Shown here one piece after another: positions 19,164 through 27,825 of a DNA stretch of 35,470 nucleotides (within the stretch, counting starts at the first letter, position 1; the number at the start of each line of letters is the position of its first letter). Location of the stretch: the IMG/VR virus record IMGVR_UViG_3300046536_000804. The stretch is one strand, 5' to 3'. The position numbers and the translations under genes were made by a program. The stretch comes from an uncultured virus (IMG/VR IMGVR_UViG_3300046536_000804). Lineage: Duplodnaviria; Heunggongvirae; Uroviricota; Caudoviricetes. Under the pieces are notes generated by a model, which saw only the letters and a list, made by a program, of their open reading frames with translations, had not been told where the DNA came from and searched no databases.

Positions 19164-19745
19164 TTACCGAGCCCTGGGAGGGTTTTTGTACTTGTGCGCC
19201 ACGTGTTGCATCAAGATCTTCGCCGCACCGACTGCCCCCTCCAGGGATGTAATGCTGACCTTGCCATCCACCATCCGATGAAGGCCGTCACTGTGCTTTA
19301 TCAGGGCGATCGCACTCCAGTCGTAATCGGTATTGTCGAGAAGGATGGTACCGATGACTCGTTCGCCTGGCAACGCTAGCCACACCTTCTCCGTCACGAA
19401 CTTTTTGGCAAGAGGACTGGCGGTTTTCGCCACGTAACGCGCGAAACTCTCTTGCGTGATAACGTACGGATCACTCTGCTCCGTGTCGCCGGCCGCTGGA
19501 GCCATTTTGGCCAGGATAGCCGCCACTTCCTTGCGGTTCTTGACGGCATCACTTAAAGTTGCGGCTACTGCCGAGCCTTCCACCGGAGGATCATCACCGA
19601 GTATAAAGGTCAGATACTCTTTCACCGCCAGCATCGACAGAGACCACTCCTTTATCTCCGGAGCAGTGTTGGCCGAGGTAGGCCATATGTCTAGTAAAAA
19701 GGTCGCATCATCGAGATGCTTCTGTATTTCCTCTTTGGACTTCAC
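19164..19745 (-). CDS. hypothetical protein
   Basis: AAGGAG SD. Confidence 0.65.
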   Translation of the reverse strand: MKSKEEIQKHLDDATFLLDIWPTSANTAPEIKEWSLSMLAVKEYLTFILGDDPPVEGSAVAATLSDAVKNRKEVAAILAKMAPAAGDTEQSDPYVITQESFARYVAKTASPLAKKFVTEKVWLALPGERVIGTILLDNTDYDWSAIALIKHSDGLHRMVDGKVSITSLEGAVGAAKILMQHVAHKYKNPPRAR

Positions 19746-19767
19746 GGTACTTCTCCTTAGATATTGG

Positions 19768-20310
19768 TTAGAACTGGACGCTACGCACCTCGTTGATCGA
19801 CTGATCCATGGTCCGACACCGCTCGACGGTCAGGTAACCGTCCGGGTTGATCGTCAGGGTGATGCAGGTCATTGAGTCCTGATGGTCGAAGACCTTCACC
19901 ACCCACACACCGCTCTCCTTGATCTCCAGGCTCAGCTCGGTGCCGAACCTCGGTCCGACGATGCTACGAATGGCCTCGCATTCCTCCTTGCGAGACAGGT
20001 CGTACTTGCTGCTGGCGATCGTTATGATCAGCTCCCACAGGTTGACGTACGCCTCCTTCACCTGCTTCGGTGGTGGAGGTTCTGGAGATGGTGAAGCAGG
20101 CGGGACGGCCGCCATGACGGCCTTGCGCGTCACCACCTCGACACTGACCTCCATGACGAATTCGTACTCGCATTGCGGGCACTTGGTCAGGAAAGCCCTC
20201 AAGCTTGCGTCGTTGTCCTCGTGGCTCCAGTCTGCAACGTTCAACAAGGCATTGCAATAGGGACACGCGAACTCGGACTTGCCCGGGTCCGCAAGTTTAA
20301 CCTGAACCAT
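19768..20310 (-). CDS. zinc-ribbon protein
   Basis: CPYC...V.DW...CPQC. Confidence 0.65.
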   Translation of the reverse strand: MVQVKLADPGKSEFACPYCNALLNVADWSHEDNDASLRAFLTKCPQCEYEFVMEVSVEVVTRKAVMAAVPPASPSPEPPPPKQVKEAYVNLWELIITIASSKYDLSRKEECEAIRSIVGPRFGTELSLEIKESGVWVVKVFDHQDSMTCITLTINPDGYLTVERCRTMDQSINEVRSVQF

Positions 20311-20319
20311 TGAAGCTCC

Positions 20320-20502
20320 TTATTTAGACGATGTGATCGACAATTGCACATTGATGCAGAAAATCTTGTGGCACTCCGGACATCGGACTTCCGAACTGCC
20401 AAGCATCGGGTGGTTGTATTCGGTGAACCAGTCACGAACCCACCACATGGAATTACAGTGCGGACACGGGAAGCCACTGCTGTCTGCTTCAAGATCTGGC
20501 AT
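20320..20502 (-). CDS. small zinc-ribbon protein (similar to N-terminus of 19768..20310)
   Basis: CPHC...V.DW...CPEC; start MPDLEAD. Confidence 0.6.
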   Translation of the reverse strand: MPDLEADSSGFPCPHCNSMWWVRDWFTEYNHPMLGSSEVRCPECHKIFCINVQLSITSSK

Positions 20503-20560
20503 GTGATCTCCTTGGTGATTGGTCTTCATTCCGCTGTCGTCTTTGACCCGACGCAGAGGG

Positions 20561-22357
20561 TTATTTGATATCGGGAATACTGCCAATCGGGACTGCTGGT
20601 GGTTGCGTCGGAGCACAGTTGCCGCGAAGGGCACTCGCCAGTTGCTCGAGCATTTCGATCGGCACTGTCAGGACGATTTTGGATTCACGGTCCGTCGTTA
20701 CGGAGATCGTGAAAGGCTCGGGTGCGTCTGCGTAGATCGGCAGGATTCGCGTGATCGGCATGCTCTGAAGCAGCATCTGCATCACCGGCCGAACGGAGTC
20801 TCTCGATACCGAGATATCGAACACGGCATGCCACTCACCGTCCAGATGACCGTGGGTGACCTTGGCCATCGGGATCATGTCGATCGCCTTGGCCAGGCCG
20901 CTCAACGAGCCTTTGACGGCCGGCTTCTTCTCGACCTTCGGTTCCTCGACCTCTGGAGTCTTCTCGACAATGGGCGCCTCGATCACTGGGCTGACCGGAG
21001 GCTTGGCGAAAGGAATAGAGATCGCCGGCGGTTCAGCAACCGCCGTTTCGAGAATCGGCGGTTTCGTCTCTATCGGCACCGGCTTCGGTAGCGCCTCTGG
21101 GAACTTCATCTTCACCTTCGTCGCATAGTGGATTGCCTCGGCCGCGGAGCCGAGATCGCGTAACTTGGCCGTGAAGCCGACCTGGTGCGGTTCCTGTTTG
21201 ATAATTCGCTTCACAGCCTCACGAGAGAGCAACGACGGCTGCCTGGCGATAGCCAACGTGATGATCTGTTCGTTCAGCGTTGGCATGGTGGTGGAGAACA
21301 CCACATCGTAGTCACCACCACAAGACGTCGTCTGGATCAGATTGGATTCGACGCCAGGCATGCCGAGCACTGCCTCACGTAACAGACTCTTGCACTTGAG
21401 TGATGCGATCGCCTGCGTCCCGTTGATGGTCAACGTGATGGCTTCGATGAACGTTGTCTGCATCGCATGGGTGAGAAGCAGCTCCCAGCGATCTTCCTGG
21501 GCTCGAAACGTACAACCCGGCAACAGCTTGATCGCCTCGAGCATCTTGGTAGCTGTGATCACCGCGTTCGTGCCGACGCGGATGAATACCCGCACGTTGG
21601 GCTCGTCCGGTGCGTTGCCTGGCGTCTCGACCAGGTAGACCACACGCAGACCGACCAGATCCTCCAACGCCTTGACCAGCGTTGAATATTTGATCCGTGC
21701 TCCCATGATCCCGAACGCCGAATCGAGGTTTGCATTTGCTTCTGGCGTAAAGGTTTGCGACCCGAACTGAGTAAGCATATGCTGAAACGGCGCCGCCGAT
21801 CCGAACGGCATCCTCAACGAGAACTGCCTGGTGCTGTTCGGGATCATGGTGAACTTCACGTAATGGAAGAACGACGAGACGTCCTTGATAAAGTTCAGAA
21901 GCTTGACGTCGTCTTCCGGCACCTGGCAGTGCGCGTCGATGTAAACCTTTTCCTCGGAGATGATGTCCGCAGCACACCGAATCACCGTCAGACGCGGCAG
22001 GGTGAGTAGCGACGCTCGCAGACCGTCTATGGTGTTCTGCGCCCGCTTATCAGTTACACGGTAAGCGAGCAGCCTGGTCATCTCCGCCATCCTGTCGTAT
22101 GGCACGATGACCCAGATGCCGATCGTCATGAGCTTGCCAATCTCGACCTGCAGACCGAGCTTGGTCAGAACGCCGATGAGATCGAGGTCGGTCAGCAGCG
22201 TGTGCTCGGTTCGCTGCAATTGGATGAGCGCATTGTCGGGATTGATGTGGTTCTTCACGACGAACATGGCCTTGGTCGTCAGCTCGCGATTGAGCAAGAT
22301 CAAGGCCGCCAGATCCGCCTTGGCGTGGCCGTAGCCGGTGGTGAATGGTCCGTACAT
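20561..22357 (-). CDS. large hypothetical multi-domain protein
   Basis: 598-aa ORF; N-terminus MYGPF..GY resembles MYDPF..GY of 23089..24486. Confidence 0.75.
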   Translation of the reverse strand: MYGPFTTGYGHAKADLAALILLNRELTTKAMFVVKNHINPDNALIQLQRTEHTLLTDLDLIGVLTKLGLQVEIGKLMTIGIWVIVPYDRMAEMTRLLAYRVTDKRAQNTIDGLRASLLTLPRLTVIRCAADIISEEKVYIDAHCQVPEDDVKLLNFIKDVSSFFHYVKFTMIPNSTRQFSLRMPFGSAAPFQHMLTQFGSQTFTPEANANLDSAFGIMGARIKYSTLVKALEDLVGLRVVYLVETPGNAPDEPNVRVFIRVGTNAVITATKMLEAIKLLPGCTFRAQEDRWELLLTHAMQTTFIEAITLTINGTQAIASLKCKSLLREAVLGMPGVESNLIQTTSCGGDYDVVFSTTMPTLNEQIITLAIARQPSLLSREAVKRIIKQEPHQVGFTAKLRDLGSAAEAIHYATKVKMKFPEALPKPVPIETKPPILETAVAEPPAISIPFAKPPVSPVIEAPIVEKTPEVEEPKVEKKPAVKGSLSGLAKAIDMIPMAKVTHGHLDGEWHAVFDISVSRDSVRPVMQMLLQSMPITRILPIYADAPEPFTISVTTDRESKIVLTVPIEMLEQLASALRGNCAPTQPPAVPIGSIPDIK

Positions 22358-22435
22358 AGATGGTCCTCAGGTGGTGATGGAATTGAGAGAGAGCAGATCG
22401 CCGGCGTCTTTGACCCGACGAGGAGGGTTGGACTC

Positions 22436-22990
22436 TTATTTCTGTGCGGCCGCTTTGCCAAGAATTCTACGTTCAGAGGGAGCTAAATCCGTGAACACAC
22501 GCACCTTGGTAAGAACGGTAGCAACCTCTGTCAGTGAGATCTGAATCTCGAACAAGGTCACGTAAGGTGAATCCATGCAGACCAGTAGACCGGCCTCGTC
22601 TCGAGGTAACGTAGAAACACCACCTTGTGACCTTATATCCCTCAGAAGAGATTTCACGGCCCGGTAGTCTTCGTTCAAGATGCCATCAAGAGGCCTGATC
22701 CTAACAGACAGGTTCAACTTGAGTTTGTCGACCTGGCCGTCGATCCATACCAGCCCAGGCGCTTGATTGATTGCCAACCTCAACGAGGTGAGTTGTTCGT
22801 CCGGGTCTATCGTAGTAACTGCTTTCGTCGGTGCATTCCTTAGCACGGTGACTATCGACTGCATCGCCGCGACTGCATGTAACAATGGTGGCGAGAAAGA
22901 CGACAGATCTCGCAGAAGCATTTGCTGCCGATCCGCGAGACTGATCAGCACTGACGATTGCTCATCAGACAATTCAACGATCTTCGTCAT
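22436..22990 (-). CDS. hypothetical protein (paralog of 24501..25013)
   Basis: start MTKIVEL with GGAGG SD. Confidence 0.7.
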   Translation of the reverse strand: MTKIVELSDEQSSVLISLADRQQMLLRDLSSFSPPLLHAVAAMQSIVTVLRNAPTKAVTTIDPDEQLTSLRLAINQAPGLVWIDGQVDKLKLNLSVRIRPLDGILNEDYRAVKSLLRDIRSQGGVSTLPRDEAGLLVCMDSPYVTLFEIQISLTEVATVLTKVRVFTDLAPSERRILGKAAAQK

Positions 22991-23088
22991 GGGACCTCCG
23001 TTCATTCGTTTTGAAGTTTGAATATCGGGATATCTTGCCGGCCACACGTCTTCATCTTTGACCCGATGAGAAGGGTTATCGAACACGA

Positions 23089-24486
23089 TCAGTATCGCTC
23101 TTTCGACCACGAATCATCGGCACGATGATCCTCTAGCTCGTACAGGGCAGCCGTCAGCAGGACCAGCATCTTGGTCGAGAGTCGAATGGAGAACTTCTCC
23201 GGAAACAGGTGGCAACTGGCCGACAGTTGCTCCAGGCTGGCATTACTCTGCCTGTCCATCACCGCAGTCAAAGCGTTGAAGATGGTCGACCAGCCATGCT
23301 GATCCACCTTGATCGTTACGTCAAGGATCTGCGTGCCGGGATCGAAGTCGTACATCTCGACATGCAGGCGAGGCCTGGAATTGACGGTGGCAACGAAGCG
23401 ATTGACGATCTGTAACGGATCGTCCCCCTTGACGATTGCAGGGATAACCACCGGTGGGTACGCCTTGGCGTGCTCGATCACCAGAATCTCGGCCAGGGTG
23501 ACCGCCACATCCTCTCGATACTTGGCCGTTATCTCCAGCTTGAAACTGTTGCCGACCGGCCTGTCCCAGCAAACTTTGCCGATCAAGGTGGGCGACCGTA
23601 TCGCTTTCCTGAGAAGCTCTTCGACCACCAGTGGCACTGTTGTCCAGAACTCAACCACGAGCTCGCTGTGGGCGTTGAGTTTCGTTTTCAGATCCTGAGC
23701 CATCAGTGTTTTTGTGAGTGCCTTCGTCAGTAACGAAACCTTTTCAGAGGGAATTGTATCGAACACAGGAACGTGGTCCGGAATGAACGGGCTCATCATC
23801 TTGTGATGCACGACGATCAGAGTATCGACCAGATCACGAACGTGGCTGAACGCAATGGTCATACAGAAGCGGGCCTGGATTACCTCGACCTGCCAGTTGA
23901 ACACGAACGAATTGAGATTGGTCGCTTCGATTGGCACACCCCTGAGAATCGTATCGACGATGAACGGCAGCTTGGAGACAAATTCCGCGGTCAGGCTGCC
24001 GCCATCCTCGAAGATCTTGACCTCGCCTTCAGGCGCCATCGTCTGGATGATCACCTTCCGAAGCTCGTCGATGACTGGCTGCAGACTTCGCTCTCGCACA
24101 GTAGTTTTCTGAACGGGCGGATCTTCTACGGTCGTCGTCTCGCGATGCGCAATGACCAGGTTCTCGCACAGCTCTCGAATGTAGCCGAGCTCGATCTGCA
24201 GCTCGAAGCCGCTATTGAGACCACGCCAGCCGAACACCCTGTCCAACGACGGTGCATTCGTTCGCACCTTTTTCAGAATGACCTTGGCGATTCCCGGCGT
24301 CGTGGAGTGGAACGTTGCGATGAGCTTGTTGTCACGCTCTTCGGTCTCGATGCCAAACCTGGGCGACAGGGTCAGATTGATGGCACTAGCGAGATCGTTG
24401 ATGAATGGTTTCAGCTCTCTCTGGTGCTGCTCTTCGAGCTTGGTCTGGGCTGTGTAACCAAACTGAATAGGAAACGGATCGTACAC
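23089..24486 (-). CDS. hypothetical protein with ~100-aa internal repeats
   Basis: three aligned units L..EF.S..P.I...IL....W...F...I...R.L...L. Confidence 0.75.
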   Translation of the reverse strand: MYDPFPIQFGYTAQTKLEEQHQRELKPFINDLASAINLTLSPRFGIETEERDNKLIATFHSTTPGIAKVILKKVRTNAPSLDRVFGWRGLNSGFELQIELGYIRELCENLVIAHRETTTVEDPPVQKTTVRERSLQPVIDELRKVIIQTMAPEGEVKIFEDGGSLTAEFVSKLPFIVDTILRGVPIEATNLNSFVFNWQVEVIQARFCMTIAFSHVRDLVDTLIVVHHKMMSPFIPDHVPVFDTIPSEKVSLLTKALTKTLMAQDLKTKLNAHSELVVEFWTTVPLVVEELLRKAIRSPTLIGKVCWDRPVGNSFKLEITAKYREDVAVTLAEILVIEHAKAYPPVVIPAIVKGDDPLQIVNRFVATVNSRPRLHVEMYDFDPGTQILDVTIKVDQHGWSTIFNALTAVMDRQSNASLEQLSASCHLFPEKFSIRLSTKMLVLLTAALYELEDHRADDSWSKERY

Positions 24487-24500
24487 GTGATTCTCCTTTG

Positions 24501-25013
24501 TTAACCGCGGCCGTAATGGGATTTTCTGAACGATTTGATTACTCGATCCAGGCTGGCGATCGAGACACCGAGAATGATCGAATCGACCCAGGGGCTGTCG
24601 ATGTCGATCAGAAACTCCTCCTTGTCGATCGGATCGACGTAGACGCCGTGGATCGAGCTGAGATGCTTCAACGCCGCCTTGGCGTTATAGTGCTCGCCCT
24701 CGGTGAGTCCGTCCGCAAACTTGATCTCCGCCACGAGGCGGTACCGCTGGACCTCGCCAGCTACGTACAACAGCCACGGCACTTGGCAGATCGCGGTCTG
24801 CAGCGACTCCATACAGAGCTTGGGATCCGGCTGCGGCGCCGGCCCGAGAGGTTCATGACGCAGCAGTGCCAGCACTGCTCGAAGTTCAGTCGCGTTCTCT
24901 GTCAGATGCGGATACCCTTTGGTGACCAGCATCTGCACATACTTCTCCTCACGGTCGACGAGGTTGTTGAGGAATGCAGCCTGACGGTCCGTGAGTTCGA
25001 TCATTCTTGACAT
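24501..25013 (-). CDS. hypothetical protein (paralog of 22436..22990)
   Basis: start MSRMIEL; DP....SL..AI.Q.P.L...G.V and DSP(W/Y)V shared. Confidence 0.7.
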   Translation of the reverse strand: MSRMIELTDRQAAFLNNLVDREEKYVQMLVTKGYPHLTENATELRAVLALLRHEPLGPAPQPDPKLCMESLQTAICQVPWLLYVAGEVQRYRLVAEIKFADGLTEGEHYNAKAALKHLSSIHGVYVDPIDKEEFLIDIDSPWVDSIILGVSIASLDRVIKSFRKSHYGRG

Positions 25014-25044
25014 AACTTCTCCAGGTGATGAAACATTCGACAAA

Positions 25045-25389
25045 CTACGACTCGGCACGACCAAGGTAATCCAACCGGCCCGGTACGCTTTTGAAGGGTG
25101 TCTTCTCCTCGGTCGTCAACTCGACGTGGAACAACGGCAGCATTTGCCGCAACTCGTGGGCTAGCTCGGCCAGGTGAGGGTATCCCCTGGCAACCTCGCT
25201 CTGCAGAAACTTCTGACCGAAGTCAATGGCGTGGTGAAGAAGCATCTTCTGCTGCTCGTTGGGCATCATTGCCTTCAACCGCTCGATCTCGGCCCAGAGC
25301 AGCATCTCGCACTCAGTGGCTTCGGTTTCCGCCACGTTGTTGTTCGGCAGAATTAACTGCTTCATCTCTCCGACAATCTTGTACTTCAT
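25045..25389 (-). CDS. hypothetical protein
   Basis: shares GYPHL.E.A.ELR with 24501..25013. Confidence 0.6.
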   Translation of the reverse strand: MKYKIVGEMKQLILPNNNVAETEATECEMLLWAEIERLKAMMPNEQQKMLLHHAIDFGQKFLQSEVARGYPHLAELAHELRQMLPLFHVELTTEEKTPFKSVPGRLDYLGRAES

Positions 25390-25403
25390 CTTTTGTGCCT
25401 TTC

Positions 25404-25790
25404 CTAGTGATTGCTCGGTCGTGGCCTGATGTGCCAAGGGGCTGCGAGCGGTGTTTCCAGTAATGCTGCAACTATTCTCTCTGTCAGCGAGGTTGAAAAC
25501 CTGAAGTCAATGTGGTTGTCAGGCGTCACGACAAGCCTGAACTGGATAAGTTCTTTGAGCTCAAATCCTCCCTTCTTCAGCATCGCTCGAGCGACGATGT
25601 CAGTAAAGAGTGCCGCCGTTGGTGCTACCCCAGCGAATACCGAGATATCGAGGACAGCGCACCTCGACTTCAGCTCGAGATCGGCGCTGTGCATCGTCAT
25701 ACTAGGGAAGCACACGTCGAGCACTTGGCATAACTCATTAAGCTTCTCGCACTCTTTTTCCTCCCACCTTTCATCTGTCGAATTTGCCAT
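25404..25790 (-). CDS. hypothetical protein
   Basis: GAGGAGGAG SD. Confidence 0.65.
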   Translation of the reverse strand: MANSTDERWEEKECEKLNELCQVLDVCFPSMTMHSADLELKSRCAVLDISVFAGVAPTAALFTDIVARAMLKKGGFELKELIQFRLVVTPDNHIDFRFSTSLTERIVAALLETPLAAPWHIRPRPSNH

Positions 25791-25818
25791 AGCTCCTCCT
25801 CAAGAGTGGTTTTGTAAA

Positions 25819-25952
25819 AGCGACTGATTGGATTTGAACCAACATCCAGGGCTTGCGGCCCCGTCACCGAGATTTTCGTTGCACTTACTCACCTCGGTTA
25901 GTCTGACGGCTTGTGAGGCCATTCGACAGCTTTGCCATTAAGCTACAGCCGC
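25819..25952 (-). tRNA. atypical tRNA-like RNA (134 nt) with expanded central region
   Basis: acceptor GCGGCTG/CAGTCGC, D arm GCTT-AATGGCA-AAGC, T arm GTTGG-TTCAAAT-CCAAT; no encoded CCA; ~85 nt between D and T arms. Confidence 0.7.
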
Positions 25953-25956
25953 GCAC

Positions 25957-25995
25957 CAACAGAAAAGGCAGGCACGATGATATCGTGGCTGCCTT
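25957..25995 (-). terminator. probable intrinsic terminator or processing hairpin
   Basis: AAGGCAG-CACGAT / ATCGTG-CTGCCTT inverted repeat (13 bp, one mismatch) followed by TTTTCTGTT on the minus strand. Confidence 0.5.
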
Positions 25996-26010
25996 GATGC
26001 AATCCGTAAT

Positions 26011-26177
26011 TCTGTCTCTTTGACCCGAGACGAAGGGTTTACCTGGATCGAGTAATCGTTCGTCTTTCACCCGACGACGAGGGTCGAACCCGGCCATGTG
26101 GGCTTCACCATTGACCCGGTGAGCGGGGTTAACGGCACCCTCCGTAGCGTTCGTCTTTCGCCCGACGACGAGGGTTA
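26011..26177 (-). repeat. array of 4 pseudoknot elements (period 46/45/46)
   Basis: (A/G)CCC-N8-GGGT cores at 26023, 26069, 26114, 26160. Confidence 0.9.
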
Positions 26178-26411
26178 GATGTCTGGCGCCTGGTGCGCCC
26201 GCTCACGCAGATACCGGCTGACCCGGTTATGCGAAAGCTGCTTGGCCAGCAGCTCCAGACCGCTCACCACGAGGCGATCTTCGGCCGGGCTCTCGACGCC
26301 GCCGCGGCGTAGGATCTCCTCGAGACGGTCCTGCTTGGTCGCAAAAGAGTCCCATTCCTGGCGAAGACGTTCGTCCTCTTCCAGCACGTTCAGTTCGATG
26401 AGCTGACTCAT
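26175..26411 (-). CDS. hypothetical protein
   Basis: start MSQLIEL with GGAGG SD; TAA overlaps pseudoknot element. Confidence 0.65.
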   Translation of the reverse strand: MSQLIELNVLEEDERLRQEWDSFATKQDRLEEILRRGGVESPAEDRLVVSGLELLAKQLSHNRVSRYLRERAHQAPDI

Positions 26412-26538
26412 GGTGCACCTCCACCTGTTGCCTTTCCGGGGCGATGGGCGACGTAAGTAAGACGTGGTGATAATGTACAGGTTCACCCAGAAATGACGCA
26501 AGGGCAATCTGGAAAGGATCTTCCGAGAAGCGCTTTAG

Positions 26539-26712
26539 CTGCACTGATTGAGTCCAGGCAGAGACTTAAGTCGGCAGAATCAACGGTCCACGTCGCTCTG
26601 TTTTAGCCCAGGCGAAGGCTTGAAGAACCAGTCACTCTGGCCGAGATTACCGCGACTCCGTAGTTCACCAACGTATACGCCGTCTTCGTCTTTCACCCGA
26701 CGAGAAGGGTTA
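26539..26712 (-). repeat. cluster of 3 pseudoknot elements
   Basis: cores AGTC-N8-GACT 26551, AGCC-N8-GGCT 26605, ACCC-N8-GGGT 26695. Confidence 0.85.
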
Positions 26713-26789
26713 GATGTCCGGCGACTGCCGATGAGTTACATCACTCCAACGGCCTTCTGCGTTTCTGTCAACGCCGCAGAACGACTGGT

Positions 26790-27743
26790 TCAATTAACCA
26801 AACCTCGAAATGCCTTCAAGGCACGCACCTGAATCTGCCGCACTCGCTCACGTGAAATGCCCATCTCTTCACTGGCTTCTCGCAGGTTTTGCCTGGGACG
26901 ACCGTTGAGGCCGTAACGTCGCTCCAGCACCTCGCGATACCGGCTATCGAGGTATTGCAACAGGTCTTTGAGCAGGTTGAGGTGTTCTTCGTTCTCTAGC
27001 GAGTCGTCGATTTGCAAGGTTGGGATTTCATCCATGAAATTGCCCAGATTGTTGTGCTCGATCTCACTGACGTTCTTACAAGTGAGCACCAGGCAAGCAT
27101 TCTCCAGCAGCGCCAGGCGTTTCTTTTTGATCGGTTTGCCCTCTACCATCAGGCCTTGCAGGACTTCCTCGCGTGTCTTGCCGGTCATCTCGGCTTCCTG
27201 CATACGACGATTCAGCGTGTAAACCAGCGCGCTGATATGCGATGGTATCCGGATTCTGCGGCCGTGATCAACAAGGCCCTGACGAATGAAGTGCTTGATC
27301 CAGTACGTAGCGTAGGTGATGAACTTGATCTTCCGACTGGTGTCGAACTTTTCCACCGCTCGGATGAGGCCCATAACACCCTCTTGAATCAGATCCTCGA
27401 ACTCCAACCCACGCTTACGGTATTTCTTGGCAATGCTGACGACCAACCGAAGGTTGGCCTGAACGAGTTGATTCTTCGCGTCCTTACCGTCCTGGATGAC
27501 TGGGCCTAGACTGTCGGCCTCCGCGACGGCTTTCTTTCCTGGTCTTCGTTTCGACAACAGCTCTTTCTTACGAGCCATTGCGGCCTCACCAGCTTTGAAC
27601 CGCTGGAATAGGGCGATCTCTTCCGCCCTGTCAAGCAGGGGAATCTCGGAAAATCGGTAATCCATGGGCACCGACCTTGAATGACGGGCGATCCTATCGG
27701 CCGCAACCACACCTTCCTCCGGGCGGGTAGATGATGCTACCAC
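26790..27743 (-). CDS. sigma70-family RNA polymerase sigma factor (RpoD/RpoS-like, lacking region 1.1)
   Basis: region 1.2 IPLL..EEI.L; region 2 NLRLVVSIAKKY...DLIQEG.MGLIRAVEKFD...F.TYATYWI; region 4 YGL...L.E...MGISRERVRQI; start may be 27710 or 27665. Confidence 0.93.
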   Translation of the reverse strand: MVASSTRPEEGVVAADRIARHSRSVPMDYRFSEIPLLDRAEEIALFQRFKAGEAAMARKKELLSKRRPGKKAVAEADSLGPVIQDGKDAKNQLVQANLRLVVSIAKKYRKRGLEFEDLIQEGVMGLIRAVEKFDTSRKIKFITYATYWIKHFIRQGLVDHGRRIRIPSHISALVYTLNRRMQEAEMTGKTREEVLQGLMVEGKPIKKKRLALLENACLVLTCKNVSEIEHNNLGNFMDEIPTLQIDDSLENEEHLNLLKDLLQYLDSRYREVLERRYGLNGRPRQNLREASEEMGISRERVRQIQVRALKAFRGLVN

Positions 27744-27783
27744 ACCACGCGCATCGTGCCAATAACGAGATCAAGTAACGCAT
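27694..27783 (-). CDS. 29-aa Cys-rich upstream ORF (not in ORF track)
   Basis: AAGGAG SD at 27791-27796; MRYLISLLARCAWCGSIIYPPGGRCGCGR. Confidence 0.45.
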   Translation of the reverse strand: MRYLISLLARCAWCGSIIYPPGGRCGCGR

Positions 27784-27825
27784 GTGAATTCTCCTTCGTC
27801 GCTCTGTTTTAGCCCAGGCGAAGGC

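Noticed and set aside
25819..25952. tmRNA
   Set aside because: Only 134 nt, full D stem present, wobble at position 4 rather than 3, and no tag reading frame
26114..26181. Integron attC sites (TAAC overlapping stop codons)
   Set aside because: Elements are ~29 nt, lack the long bottom-strand hairpin and matching GTTRRRY, and no integrase is present in the window
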